From the IMG/VR virus record IMGVR_UViG_3300048897_000022, positions 1-39,357 of that record: a stretch of 39,357 bases of DNA. One strand, given 5' to 3'. This document shows, piece by piece, positions 24,899 to 33,466 of the stretch (position 1 is its first letter; each line of letters opens with the position of its first letter). The position numbers and the translations under genes were made by a program. The stretch comes from a virus (Duplodnaviria; Caudoviricetes). The notes below the pieces were generated by a model. That model did not search any database. It saw nothing but the letters and a program-made list of their open reading frames with translations, and had not been told where the DNA came from.

Positions 24899-25490
24899 CC
24901 TGGAAGAAAAGCAGCGCTTCGCCTTGATGCTGACTGGCCTGTCCGAGTACTACCGCCAAGAGGTCAGCAAGGCCATGGCCGGCATCTACTGGGAGGGCCT
25001 AAAGCAGTACGATATCGGCGCCATCGAAAAGGCCGCACATGCCCACATGCAAAGCCCTGACGAGAATGGCCGCTGGTTTCCGAAGATCAGCGACCTGGCG
25101 AAGTATCTGGAAGGCAGCACGACCGATCAAGCCAGCCTGGCATGGTCGAAGGTGGACAGGGCGCTTCGATCCGTGGGCACCTATGCCGACGTCATCTTCG
25201 ACGACCCGATTATCCACTGCGTGCTGCAAGACATGGGCGGCTGGGTTCCGTTGGGCGACAAGACCACGGACGAGTGGCCATTCGTCGCCAAGGAGTTCCA
25301 GACACGCTACCGGGGCTACAGGATGCGGACCAGCGAAGTCACGCCACCGCGCCGCCTGACCGGAATGGCAAACCTGCACAACGCCGCCTCAGGCATGCCG
25401 CTGGAGCCGGCCAGACTGATCGGCAGCGAAGAAAAATGCTTGGACTGGCTGCAAATCACGGCTGGCAATAAGCCTTTGCAATTGAAGTAA
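24888..25490 (+). CDS. DUF6475-type putative helicase loader/inhibitor (lambda P position)
   Basis: N-terminal helical domain with FPKISD; AWSKV...G.YADVIFDDPIIH...MGGW. Confidence 0.65.
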   Translation: MLDSLEEKQRFALMLTGLSEYYRQEVSKAMAGIYWEGLKQYDIGAIEKAAHAHMQSPDENGRWFPKISDLAKYLEGSTTDQASLAWSKVDRALRSVGTYADVIFDDPIIHCVLQDMGGWVPLGDKTTDEWPFVAKEFQTRYRGYRMRTSEVTPPRRLTGMANLHNAASGMPLEPARLIGSEEKCLDWLQITAGNKPLQLK

Positions 25491-25510
25491 CAACACAAGG
25501 AGAAAGAGAA

Positions 25511-25756
25511 ATGAAGGTTTATTGCACGAAGTATGCACTGTCAAAAGGCATTACTGAGCATGAATTGGTGAAAGAAACCAATGGGGAGCATGCGGTTGTT
25601 AAGTGGGAAAATGGCTTGAATGGCGAAAATTATCTACATCGTGGTGAATGGCATTACACACGCTCTGATGCAGTAAAGCGCGCCGAAGAAATGCTCAATG
25701 CAAGGATTACATCCTTACAGAAGCAAATTAATAAACTTGGCAGAATGTCTTTCTGA
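25511..25756 (+). CDS. Hypothetical protein
   Basis: AAGGAG RBS; TKYALSKGI motif. Confidence 0.7.
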   Translation: MKVYCTKYALSKGITEHELVKETNGEHAVVKWENGLNGENYLHRGEWHYTRSDAVKRAEEMLNARITSLQKQINKLGRMSF

Positions 25757-25770
25757 TTAGGAGGAAGTAA

Positions 25771-25923
25771 ATGCAACTCGACACAAACGCTGTTCTTGCC
25801 TGGGGCGGTATTCTGAGCTTTATCGGGCTGGGGCTATGGGCCTGCGCTGAAATGATCACTGGCGCGGTAAAGCTGTATTGCGACATGGCTGGCCAGCGGG
25901 CGAAGGAGCGCGACAATGGCTAA
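25771..25923 (+). CDS. 50-aa single-TM peptide
   Basis: AGGAGG RBS; LAWGGILSFIGLGLW. Confidence 0.55.
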   Translation: MQLDTNAVLAWGGILSFIGLGLWACAEMITGAVKLYCDMAGQRAKERDNG

Positions 25924-26332
25924 GCCCTTCAAGTATCGCGACCAGCGCAACCCGCTGATGGTCATCGCCGGCAAGACCAAGATCCAGCCCGAGGACGTTG
26001 ACGCTATCGCGCTGCCGATCCTGATCGCACTGGATGCCGCCAAGCGCGGGAAGGCCCCAAATAGCCTCTCCAACACGCTTGCGCGCAACATGCTGGCTGC
26101 CGCCTACATCATGACCAAGAACGGTAACCACGCGATGTACATGGCCGTGGCAGACACCTGGACCGCGCTCAAGTCGGCCTGCGAGCGCCCGACGCAGCTG
26201 CTCGACCTGACCACGAAGGAATACCAGGCCCTGCGCAAGGGCGTCAGCACCTACCTGCGCACCCTGCCGCACATCGAGGCAGCTATGCTGGTAGGCGCCT
26301 ACAAGCTGGCCGATGAAAGGATGGTGGCATGA
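25916..26332 (+). CDS. Hypothetical helical protein
   Basis: AAGGAG RBS; 138 aa. Confidence 0.7.
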   Translation: MAKPFKYRDQRNPLMVIAGKTKIQPEDVDAIALPILIALDAAKRGKAPNSLSNTLARNMLAAAYIMTKNGNHAMYMAVADTWTALKSACERPTQLLDLTTKEYQALRKGVSTYLRTLPHIEAAMLVGAYKLADERMVA

Positions 26333-26508
26333 TGCTGAACGAGGTACGACGCAAGCCGGAGAAGCCGCGCATATTCAAGAGTGGATTCGATTATTATTGC
26401 GCAATGCAAAAAACCGGGAAGATTGAGCGATGCGGCCGAGGTGGGACACCTAGATCTGCATATGAGGACTGGAAGGCTCAGCACCCAACCCCGCCCACAA
26501 GGGCATAA
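26329..26508 (+). CDS. 59-aa hypothetical protein
   Basis: ATGA overlap; KPRIFK...GRGGTPRSAYEDW. Confidence 0.55.
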   Translation: MMLNEVRRKPEKPRIFKSGFDYYCAMQKTGKIERCGRGGTPRSAYEDWKAQHPTPPTRA

Positions 26509-26524
26509 ACTGAAGGAGTAGGAA

Positions 26525-26638
26525 ATGAAAGATAGCTACTTCTCGCCGTATGAGAAAATAAAAATAGCCTGCTGGCTTCATGGCTTCATCTGCGGCATTG
26601 CAGCGGGGATTATCATTGCTGGATTGGTGATGAAATGA
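26525..26638 (+). CDS. 37-aa single-TM peptide
   Basis: AAGGAG RBS; GFICGIAAGIIIAGLV. Confidence 0.5.
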   Translation: MKDSYFSPYEKIKIACWLHGFICGIAAGIIIAGLVMK

Positions 26639-26778
26639 ACAGCCGCACGCCACCAAAGCTAGCGCCTAACCCTATGGGCTGCGAACATTTCACCATCACC
26701 GAGAAGCAAGCCAAGCAGCGCCAGGACGGAAGCTGGTACATGGAGACGGTAAAGGTGGAAAAGTCGGCTCTGGCGTGA
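26635..26778 (+). CDS. 47-aa hypothetical protein
   Basis: ATGA overlap. Confidence 0.45.
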   Translation: MNSRTPPKLAPNPMGCEHFTITEKQAKQRQDGSWYMETVKVEKSALA

Positions 26779-26809
26779 TAGAGTTGAGGTATGGCTAAGG
26801 GCAGGTTGA

Positions 26810-27178
26810 AGCGCACGAAGCCAGCCGACGATCCAAAGGTTGCGGACGAGTTCACTAGTGGAAAGGTCTTCAGCGGATCGGTGGAATGGACTGGGAGTTC
26901 CTGGTCGATGCTACCCAGCTTGCAGGGAGGCCCATGAGAGTTGGGCCAAGAACAGAACCACTAGCAGTCCCGGTAAATCGTGCAGATACGGTCGAAAGCC
27001 CGGCGGATTGCCGCCTCACCCTCGTAAGGGGTGGCTACACGCATGCTGATTTGACTGCCACCGAACCAGGAATGGGCGCAAGCAGGTGGCGAATGCGGTT
27101 CTTGTCCGCTGAGTCAGCAGTCGTGTGGTGCAAGCAAGCCGATGATGTGCCCGGAACGTAGGCGCCGGCCACCACAAC
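26810..27178 (+). ncRNA. Putative structured non-coding RNA(s) preceding the tRNAs
   Basis: Many nested stems (e.g. 26855-61/26958-64, 26929-34/26942-47, 27035-52/27111-28) and GNRA-like loops; no credible CDS. Confidence 0.5.
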
Positions 27179-27185
27179 AGTTTCA

Positions 27186-27263
27186 GCGGCGGTGTAACTC
27201 AATTGGTAGAGTCATGGAGCACAAATCCTTGGTTGCTGGTTCGAATCCAGCCGCGGCCGCCCA
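27186..27263 (+). tRNA. Aberrant tRNA-like gene (Cys-like body, ACA at the anticodon position); possible pseudo-tRNA
   Basis: D-arm actc/gagt and T-arm gctgg-TTCGAAT-ccagc intact; anticodon loop GC-ACA-AA; mismatched acceptor. Confidence 0.6.
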
Positions 27264-27271
27264 GTTTCAAA

Positions 27272-27347
27272 TGTGATGTAGCTCAGACGGTAGAGCGCCG
27301 GATTGTTAATCCGGTGGTCCCTGGTTCGATCCCAGGCTTCACAGCCA
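27272..27347 (+). tRNA. tRNA-Asn(GTT)
   Basis: 76-nt cloverleaf; ccgga-TTGTTAA-tccgg; TTCGATC loop; G discriminator plus CCA. Confidence 0.93.
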
Positions 27348-27410
27348 AGTTTCTCCTTGCTGTTGGCCTAGCCAGACTTCGGCCCTGGCGCCTCCCTAGT
27401 TTGGACTTAG

Positions 27411-27435
27411 CCCCGCGCCATGCGGGGATTTTTTT
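27411..27435 (+). terminator. Intrinsic terminator ending the rightward early/tRNA transcript
   Basis: ccccgc-gccat-gcgggg-attttttt. Confidence 0.85.
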
Positions 27436-27440
27436 GCCTG

Positions 27441-27469
27441 CTGACACAAGCTTTTCAATGTTGTAACAT
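27441..27469 (+). promoter_or_regulatory. Candidate late promoter upstream of terS
   Basis: CTGACA, 17 nt spacer, TAACAT directly after the terminator. Confidence 0.45.
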
Positions 27470-27518
27470 AGCACTACCGACGCTGCCCGGATGGCAGTAG
27501 ACAAAGAGGTACTGCACT

Positions 27519-28067
27519 ATGGCTAATGAAGCCAACACTGCCGACTGGGGAAAGATCGAATTAGACTACCGCGCAGGCATCAAGGTTCTGCGTCAAATCG
27601 CTGCCGAGCATGGGATCACAGAAGGGGCAATCCGTAAGCGTGCCAAGGCAGAAGACTGGGAGCGCGACCTTGGCGCCAAGATCCAAGCTAAGTCAGATGC
27701 TATTGTTCAGAAAGAAACAGTACGCAATTTGGTACGCAAAGAGTATTCTGCGTACCATGAAAATGACCTCGTAACTGCCAATGCGGAAATTACGGCAGCA
27801 GTCCGTTTGGAGCATCGTAAGGATGTTCAGAATCTGCGGCGGATTGCTAAGAAGTTCTCTGATGAGCTGGAGGCAAACGAAGGTGATGTTTCTCTTCCTG
27901 CCAAAATCACCAGTCTGAAAAATCTTTCAGACACCACGAAGACACTCATCGCTCTGGAGAGAGAAGCATTCGGGATCGCTGCCGCCACTGCTTCAGACGA
28001 TGATGCCATCAACCCAGCACGAAGTGTTGTCTTCAAAATCGTAAGGCCAGACAATGCAGCCTCTTGA
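27519..28067 (+). CDS. terS: Terminase small subunit
   Basis: DWGKIELDYRAG...IAAEHGITEGAIRKRAK..W HTH; directly before terL. Confidence 0.85.
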   Translation: MANEANTADWGKIELDYRAGIKVLRQIAAEHGITEGAIRKRAKAEDWERDLGAKIQAKSDAIVQKETVRNLVRKEYSAYHENDLVTANAEITAAVRLEHRKDVQNLRRIAKKFSDELEANEGDVSLPAKITSLKNLSDTTKTLIALEREAFGIAAATASDDDAINPARSVVFKIVRPDNAAS

Positions 28068-29469
28068 AATAGAGCTGTTTGAGGCATTCGAATTCCTGCT
28101 TTATCCCAAGCGTGTCAAAGTTCCTTATGGTGGACGCGGTGGGGCAAAGTCGGAAGAGATTGCTGAGCTACTTGTTTGGTTCGCATGGCAGCATGGAGAC
28201 AAGGTGCTTTGCGGCCGGGAATTCCAGAACTCCATGGATGAATCCAGCTATGCGCTGATCGTTTCCAAGATTGACAAGTTTGGACTTCGAGGATTCTTTG
28301 ACGTCCAAGCAACCGCAATTTATGGCCGCAACGGATCACTCTTCAAGTTTGTCGGCCTATCTCGCAATATCACCTCTCTCAAGTCGAAATTTGGCTACAC
28401 GAAGGTCTGGATCGAAGAAGCAGAGAACATCAGCGAGGAGACATGGAAAGTTCTGATCCCCACGATTCGTGCCGAGAATTCGGAAATCTGGATTAGCTTC
28501 AACCCGAATGAGCCGGATGCGCCTACATATATGCGCTTCGTGGCGCCTTATCTGGACGCAATCAATAAGCAAGGCTTCTATGAGGATGATTATATTTACG
28601 TCAAGAAAGTGTCATGGCGTGACAATCCGAAATTTCCTGAAGTCCTGCGCATCGAAATGGAGCGCGACAAACAGCAGAACTATAAAAAGTACCTCCATGT
28701 GTGGGAAGGTGAGTGTAATGCCGACTACGAGGATTCTATCATCGAGGCTGAGTGGGTTGACGCAGCCATTGACGCCCATCTGAAACTGAAATACACACCT
28801 CGTGGTGACCGGGTGATTGGATTTGACCCTGCTGATAGTGGAAGTGACGCAAAGTCAACGACAAAACGATACGGCATGCTGGTTGAGGATGTTCGCCGTT
28901 GGACTGATGGCGATATTGACGACGCGATCACTCGGACGTTTGATGATGCGTTTGATTATCGTGCCGATGTCATTGTTTATGACAGCATCGGGGTTGGGGC
29001 TGGCGTGAAGGTTGGCCTGAGGGATCGAATTTCCGGCCGCAATATTGATGTGCAAGGCTTTGGCGCCGGAGATTCGCCATGGCCAGGTATCTACCAGCAA
29101 GATCGCAAGAATCAAGATGTGTTTAGGAATCTTCGGGCAATGGGATGGTGGCTGCTGCGCGATAGATTTGAGCGCACTTACCAGGCTGTGGTAAAGGGTG
29201 AATATCACGACCCAGCAACCATGATCAGCTTGTCGTCATCCATCAAGGATATTGCCCAGCTCAAGACGGAACTTGTTCGGCAGCAGCGCAAGCGGTCTTC
29301 TGGATCTAAGATGATCCAGCTTGTAAGCAAAGATGAGATGCGCTCCAAGGGCATCCCCAGCCCTAACATGGCTGACTCTCTTATGATGTCTTTCATGGTG
29401 CGTGACAAGCCAAAGCAACCGCAAAACGCATCACCCATCCCAATGACTTCTCATTTCGGCAGAAAATAG
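28054..29469 (+). CDS. terL: Terminase large subunit (PBSX/P22-Sf6-like)
   Basis: Walker A YGGRGGAKS, Walker B WIEEAE, SFNP; nuclease GFDPAD and SPNMADSL. Confidence 0.95.
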   Translation: MQPLEIELFEAFEFLLYPKRVKVPYGGRGGAKSEEIAELLVWFAWQHGDKVLCGREFQNSMDESSYALIVSKIDKFGLRGFFDVQATAIYGRNGSLFKFVGLSRNITSLKSKFGYTKVWIEEAENISEETWKVLIPTIRAENSEIWISFNPNEPDAPTYMRFVAPYLDAINKQGFYEDDYIYVKKVSWRDNPKFPEVLRIEMERDKQQNYKKYLHVWEGECNADYEDSIIEAEWVDAAIDAHLKLKYTPRGDRVIGFDPADSGSDAKSTTKRYGMLVEDVRRWTDGDIDDAITRTFDDAFDYRADVIVYDSIGVGAGVKVGLRDRISGRNIDVQGFGAGDSPWPGIYQQDRKNQDVFRNLRAMGWWLLRDRFERTYQAVVKGEYHDPATMISLSSSIKDIAQLKTELVRQQRKRSSGSKMIQLVSKDEMRSKGIPSPNMADSLMMSFMVRDKPKQPQNASPIPMTSHFGRK

Positions 29470-29508
29470 CGTTACAATCGCAGAAATTGAAATATTCTAC
29501 GGGGTTAT

Positions 29509-30288
29509 ATGGATGGCAATTCGACTGGGCTAAACGACTTTGCTTCACGTGTGCTGATGGGCCAGGTTCCTGGTGTGTCACGTGTGGCGGCCATCGGAAC
29601 GCGAACCGTTCCTGTTGCAGTGACTGGATTGGCCACCGCCGAAGACATTTGGGAGGGAGCAGCAGCCGGCTATCCATGGATGCTGGCAGATACTGCACTT
29701 GAGGCAGTGTCTGACAATGTCAACGACACAGCAGCCGGAACTGGCGCCCAAAGCATCAATGTACAGGGAGTCCTGTCTGCCGGAACAGCGACCAACTCCG
29801 GTAATATCCCGCTGAATGGCCTGACCCCTGTCTCTGTTGGAACACATTACCGCATCAATCTTGCCAACACTGGTATGGTGACGCCTATTGCTGGCGCACA
29901 GACAAATCTCGGCACGATTACCATTCGGGACGTTGTTGGCGGAACTGTTCGTGCCGTAATTCCGCCTCGCCAACGTACAGCACAGCAATGCGTCTATACG
30001 CCGCCGCTGGGCTTCTTCTTGAACATCTTTGCGGTGGAGATTGAGCTACTGGAAGCGGCTGGCGGTGCATCGCGTCATATTGATGCGGCTCTGTACTTCC
30101 GCTTCGCAAACAGCGCATCCGGTCGGCCGCGCAAGATTCAGTGCTCTGATGGCGCACCGTTCACCCTGAACGCTGGTGCGCGTATTCCTGTTGGGCCGAT
30201 GACAGATTTCGCAGTGAGCTGCGCATTCTCCAGTACGAACGGCATCAAAATCGGCGCCGCTTTCGAGGGACACCTTTACAAGATCTAA
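29509..30288 (+). CDS. Hypothetical beta-rich protein between terL and portal (possible virion protein)
   Basis: 259 aa, G/T/A-rich, NDTAAGTGAQSI motif. Confidence 0.65.
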   Translation: MDGNSTGLNDFASRVLMGQVPGVSRVAAIGTRTVPVAVTGLATAEDIWEGAAAGYPWMLADTALEAVSDNVNDTAAGTGAQSINVQGVLSAGTATNSGNIPLNGLTPVSVGTHYRINLANTGMVTPIAGAQTNLGTITIRDVVGGTVRAVIPPRQRTAQQCVYTPPLGFFLNIFAVEIELLEAAGGASRHIDAALYFRFANSASGRPRKIQCSDGAPFTLNAGARIPVGPMTDFAVSCAFSSTNGIKIGAAFEGHLYKI

Positions 30289-30290
30289 CC

Positions 30291-30440
30291 ATGCCATACA
30301 CCGCCAAGCAAAATAAGCTTTTCCGGGCTGCCGAGCACAATCCAAAAATTGCCAAGAGCACAGGCATTCCTCAGGCCACGGCCAAGAAACTGGCTTCTGA
30401 GGGTGTGAAGCGTGCGACCGTAAAGAAAGGCAAGAAATGA
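30291..30440 (+). CDS. 49-aa Lys-rich protein MPYTAKQNKLFRAAEHNPKIAK... (not in ORF track)
   Basis: Fills the gap exactly; stop overlaps the portal ATG. Confidence 0.65.
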   Translation: MPYTAKQNKLFRAAEHNPKIAKSTGIPQATAKKLASEGVKRATVKKGKK

Positions 30441-32515
30441 GCATGACCAAAGCCGAGCGCTTGCAGCAAGTCCATGCGCGTGCGATACGTAGCTTCGATA
30501 TGATCCAGTCGGCGGTACGTGCTGAGCGCATGCAATCGCTTCAAGATCGACGATTCTATTCGATCCCATCAGCACAATGGGAAGGCCCGCTTGGACAGGA
30601 GTTTGAAAATAAGCCACGCTTTGAGCTGAACAAAATCCATCTGGCCGTGATCCGCATCATCAACGAGTATCGAAACAACAGAATCGACGTTGATTTCACC
30701 GCCAAAGACGGAAGCGAAAATGACCTTCTGGCCGATGCTTGCGACGGCCTATATCGGGCCGACGAGCAGGATAGTGGCGCCCAAGAGGCTTTCGATAACG
30801 CTTTCGAGGAAGCTGTAGGCGGTGGCTTTGGCGCTATCCGCCTGCGCACTCAGTACGAAGATGAATACGACGAGGACGATGACCGGCAGCGCATTTGCAT
30901 CGAGCCTGTCTATGATGCTGACTCGTGCGTGTTCTTCGATCTCGACGCAAAGCGCCAGGACAAGGCAGACGCAAAGCACGCGTTCGTCCTGACTGGGATG
31001 ACCATTGAGTCATACGAAAATGAATGGGGACACACGCCGGCAACCTGGCCAAAGAGTATCTATCAAACCGAGTTTGATTGGTACACGTCAGACCAGGTAT
31101 ATGTTGCCGAGTACTACGAAATTGAGGAAAAGAAAGAAACGCTCTATTTCTACGTTGGCCCCGATTTAGGGATGGGTGAACCAGAGGAAAAGCGCCTCAC
31201 CGAGTCCGAACTGGATGATGAAAAGCTTGACGAGCTGAAAGCGCTTGGCTTTACTCTATCCCGTCAGAAAAAAGTAAAAGTATGCAAGGTGCATAAGTAC
31301 CTAATGGACGGTGGCCAGGTGCTGGAGGACTGCGGCTACATCGCCGGCAAGTGCATCCCTGTGGTTCCGACGTATGGGAAGCGCTGGTATGTGGATGGCA
31401 TCGAGCGTTTCATGGGGCACGTTCGCCTGGCCATTGATGCGCAGCGCATCAAGAATATGCTCGTTTCTGCCCTGGCTGAGATCACTGGCATTTCGAATGT
31501 CGAAAAGCCAATTTTCACACCTGAGCAGATCATGGGCCACCAACAGATGTGGGCCGACGACAATATCAAGAAGTACCCATATCTGCTGGTGAATCAGACA
31601 ACGGACGGCAATGGACAGCCAATTCCTGCGATGCCCATCGCATACACGAAAGCGCCCAGTCTGCCACCGGCTCTGGCTGCGCTCATGCAGATCACCGAGC
31701 AAGATCTTCAGGATTTGCTGGGCAACCAGCAGGCCGGCGAGCAGCTTAACCCGAATATCTCCGGGAAAGCCATGGAGCTAGTGCAGAACCGCCTAGACAT
31801 GCAGGTCTTCATCTACATGAGCAACTTCGCCAAGTGCGTGAAGCGCGTAGGTGAGGTATGGCTCTCGATGGCCAAAGACGTCTACGTGGAAGAGGGCCGC
31901 AAGATGAAGACAGTATCCGGCGACGGCGCGTCAGGATCTATTGAGCTGATGCGGCCGGCAATGGATCAAGAGACCGGAGAAGGCTACCTGGAGAATGACC
32001 TGTCCGAGGCAAAGTTCGACGTGAATGTCGAGGTTGGCCCAAGTTCGTCCAGCAAGCGCGCCTCGACTGTGCGTGCGGTGACGGGCATCTTGCAGATGAA
32101 TCCAGATCCAGAGACCGCGCAAGTGCTGACTGCTTCGGCCATCATGAACTTGGAGGGCGAAGGCATGAGCGATATCCGTCAGTACTTCCGCCAGAAGCTT
32201 GTGCGCATGGGCGCTGTCAAGGCGACGAAGGAAGAGGCGGCCCAGATGGCGCAGGAAGCGCAGAACCAACAGCCGGACGCGAATGCCCTTTATTTGCAAG
32301 CCGCAGCTGAGAAGCAAAAAGCTGACGCTCTGAAGGCGACCGCTGAAACCGAGCTGACTGGCGCAAAAGTCGCTCAGACTAAGGCAGATACTGCGAAAAC
32401 GATCTCGGATATCGAACAGGGCCGCACGCAACAAGCTTTTGAAATTTCGCAGCAACTTAACCAAAGCATGCAAAAAAATACGATTCCGCAGCAGGAAGTT
32501 GCTAATCCAAGCTAA
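30437..32515 (+). CDS. Portal protein (P22 gp1-like)
   Basis: 692 aa; D.RFY...QW, FFD.DAK..DK.DA, G.VR.A.D.QR..N; C-terminal coiled-coil barrel. Confidence 0.9.
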   Translation: MSMTKAERLQQVHARAIRSFDMIQSAVRAERMQSLQDRRFYSIPSAQWEGPLGQEFENKPRFELNKIHLAVIRIINEYRNNRIDVDFTAKDGSENDLLADACDGLYRADEQDSGAQEAFDNAFEEAVGGGFGAIRLRTQYEDEYDEDDDRQRICIEPVYDADSCVFFDLDAKRQDKADAKHAFVLTGMTIESYENEWGHTPATWPKSIYQTEFDWYTSDQVYVAEYYEIEEKKETLYFYVGPDLGMGEPEEKRLTESELDDEKLDELKALGFTLSRQKKVKVCKVHKYLMDGGQVLEDCGYIAGKCIPVVPTYGKRWYVDGIERFMGHVRLAIDAQRIKNMLVSALAEITGISNVEKPIFTPEQIMGHQQMWADDNIKKYPYLLVNQTTDGNGQPIPAMPIAYTKAPSLPPALAALMQITEQDLQDLLGNQQAGEQLNPNISGKAMELVQNRLDMQVFIYMSNFAKCVKRVGEVWLSMAKDVYVEEGRKMKTVSGDGASGSIELMRPAMDQETGEGYLENDLSEAKFDVNVEVGPSSSSKRASTVRAVTGILQMNPDPETAQVLTASAIMNLEGEGMSDIRQYFRQKLVRMGAVKATKEEAAQMAQEAQNQQPDANALYLQAAAEKQKADALKATAETELTGAKVAQTKADTAKTISDIEQGRTQQAFEISQQLNQSMQKNTIPQQEVANPS

Positions 32516-32577
32516 CGGAATTACTATTGCACCAACGGAAACCGCCGGGCCGTTTTCCCGGTGAGACATGGGGATAA

Positions 32578-33447
32578 ATGATGGATGTTGAAAATGTAGT
32601 TGATGAGCAGCAAGAGGATATTCAGGATGATCAGCAGCAGAACCCTGAGGAAGTCGGTGGCGAGACGCCTGCCGATAGCCAGAGTGCTGATGGTGATCAG
32701 ACTGTAGCTGATGATCCAGAGGGCATGATTGTCACCATTGGTGACGAGAAATCCGAAGATGATCAGGATCCAAAGGATGCGCCAAAGTGGGTTAAAGAAG
32801 TCCGCCGGCAGAATCGAGAGCTAGTCCGCGAGATACGCGAGTTAAAAGCTAAGCAACCGCAGTCTGAACCGTCGAAACTTCCAGAGATCGGGCCGCGCCC
32901 GCGCTTGTCTGACCCAAATATCGACTATGACGAAGAAAAGTTCGATGCCGCAATGGATGTATGGCAGCAGAAAAAAACTGCTGTTGAAGCCGAATTGCAG
33001 AGCGAACAGCAGAAGGTAAAACAGCAGCAGCAAGAATGGAATGATCGGCTGAGTGCTCACGACAAGGCGAAAGCTGCTTTGAAAGTAAGCGATCTTGACG
33101 AAGTGGAAGATGTTTTGCAGGCCACTTTTAGCCAAGTTCAGCGAGCAATCCTGATTACTGGCGCAGAAAATAGCGCACTGCTGGAGTATGCCATCGGCAA
33201 AAATCCGGCGAAGGCGAAAGCCCTGGCCGCCATTAATGACCCCGTGAAATTCGCTTTCGCCTTGGCGAAGCTGGAGACTCAAGTGAAAACGCAGCCACGC
33301 AAACCACCTGCGCCAGAGAGCAAAGTCCGTGGTAACGCGGCGCCGTCTGGTGCGATTGACAACCAATTGGAGCGGCTTCGCGCCGAGGCGGAAAAGACCG
33401 GCGACATGTCGAAGGTCATCGCCTACAAGCGTAGCCGACAGAAATAA
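32578..33447 (+). CDS. Scaffolding protein
   Basis: Acidic N-terminus, coiled coils, C-terminal LERLRAEAEKTGDMSKVIAYKR coat-binding hairpin; between portal and coat. Confidence 0.85.
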   Translation: MMDVENVVDEQQEDIQDDQQQNPEEVGGETPADSQSADGDQTVADDPEGMIVTIGDEKSEDDQDPKDAPKWVKEVRRQNRELVREIRELKAKQPQSEPSKLPEIGPRPRLSDPNIDYDEEKFDAAMDVWQQKKTAVEAELQSEQQKVKQQQQEWNDRLSAHDKAKAALKVSDLDEVEDVLQATFSQVQRAILITGAENSALLEYAIGKNPAKAKALAAINDPVKFAFALAKLETQVKTQPRKPPAPESKVRGNAAPSGAIDNQLERLRAEAEKTGDMSKVIAYKRSRQK

Positions 33448-33466
33448 AAGATAAAGGAGTTTCAAA

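Noticed and set aside
26840-27161. ORFs 26840-27049 and 26886-27161
   Set aside because: Weak RBS, no motifs, and they overlap a heavily base-paired region
27272-27347. tRNA as an attP site
   Set aside because: It is a complete gene, and no integrase is recognisable anywhere in the circle
27348-27410. tRNA-associated HDV-like (theta) ribozyme
   Set aside because: A CCTCCC tract and a ccagact/agtttgg pairing exist, but P1 does not start at the tRNA 3' end and I could not build P1.1, P2 or J4/2
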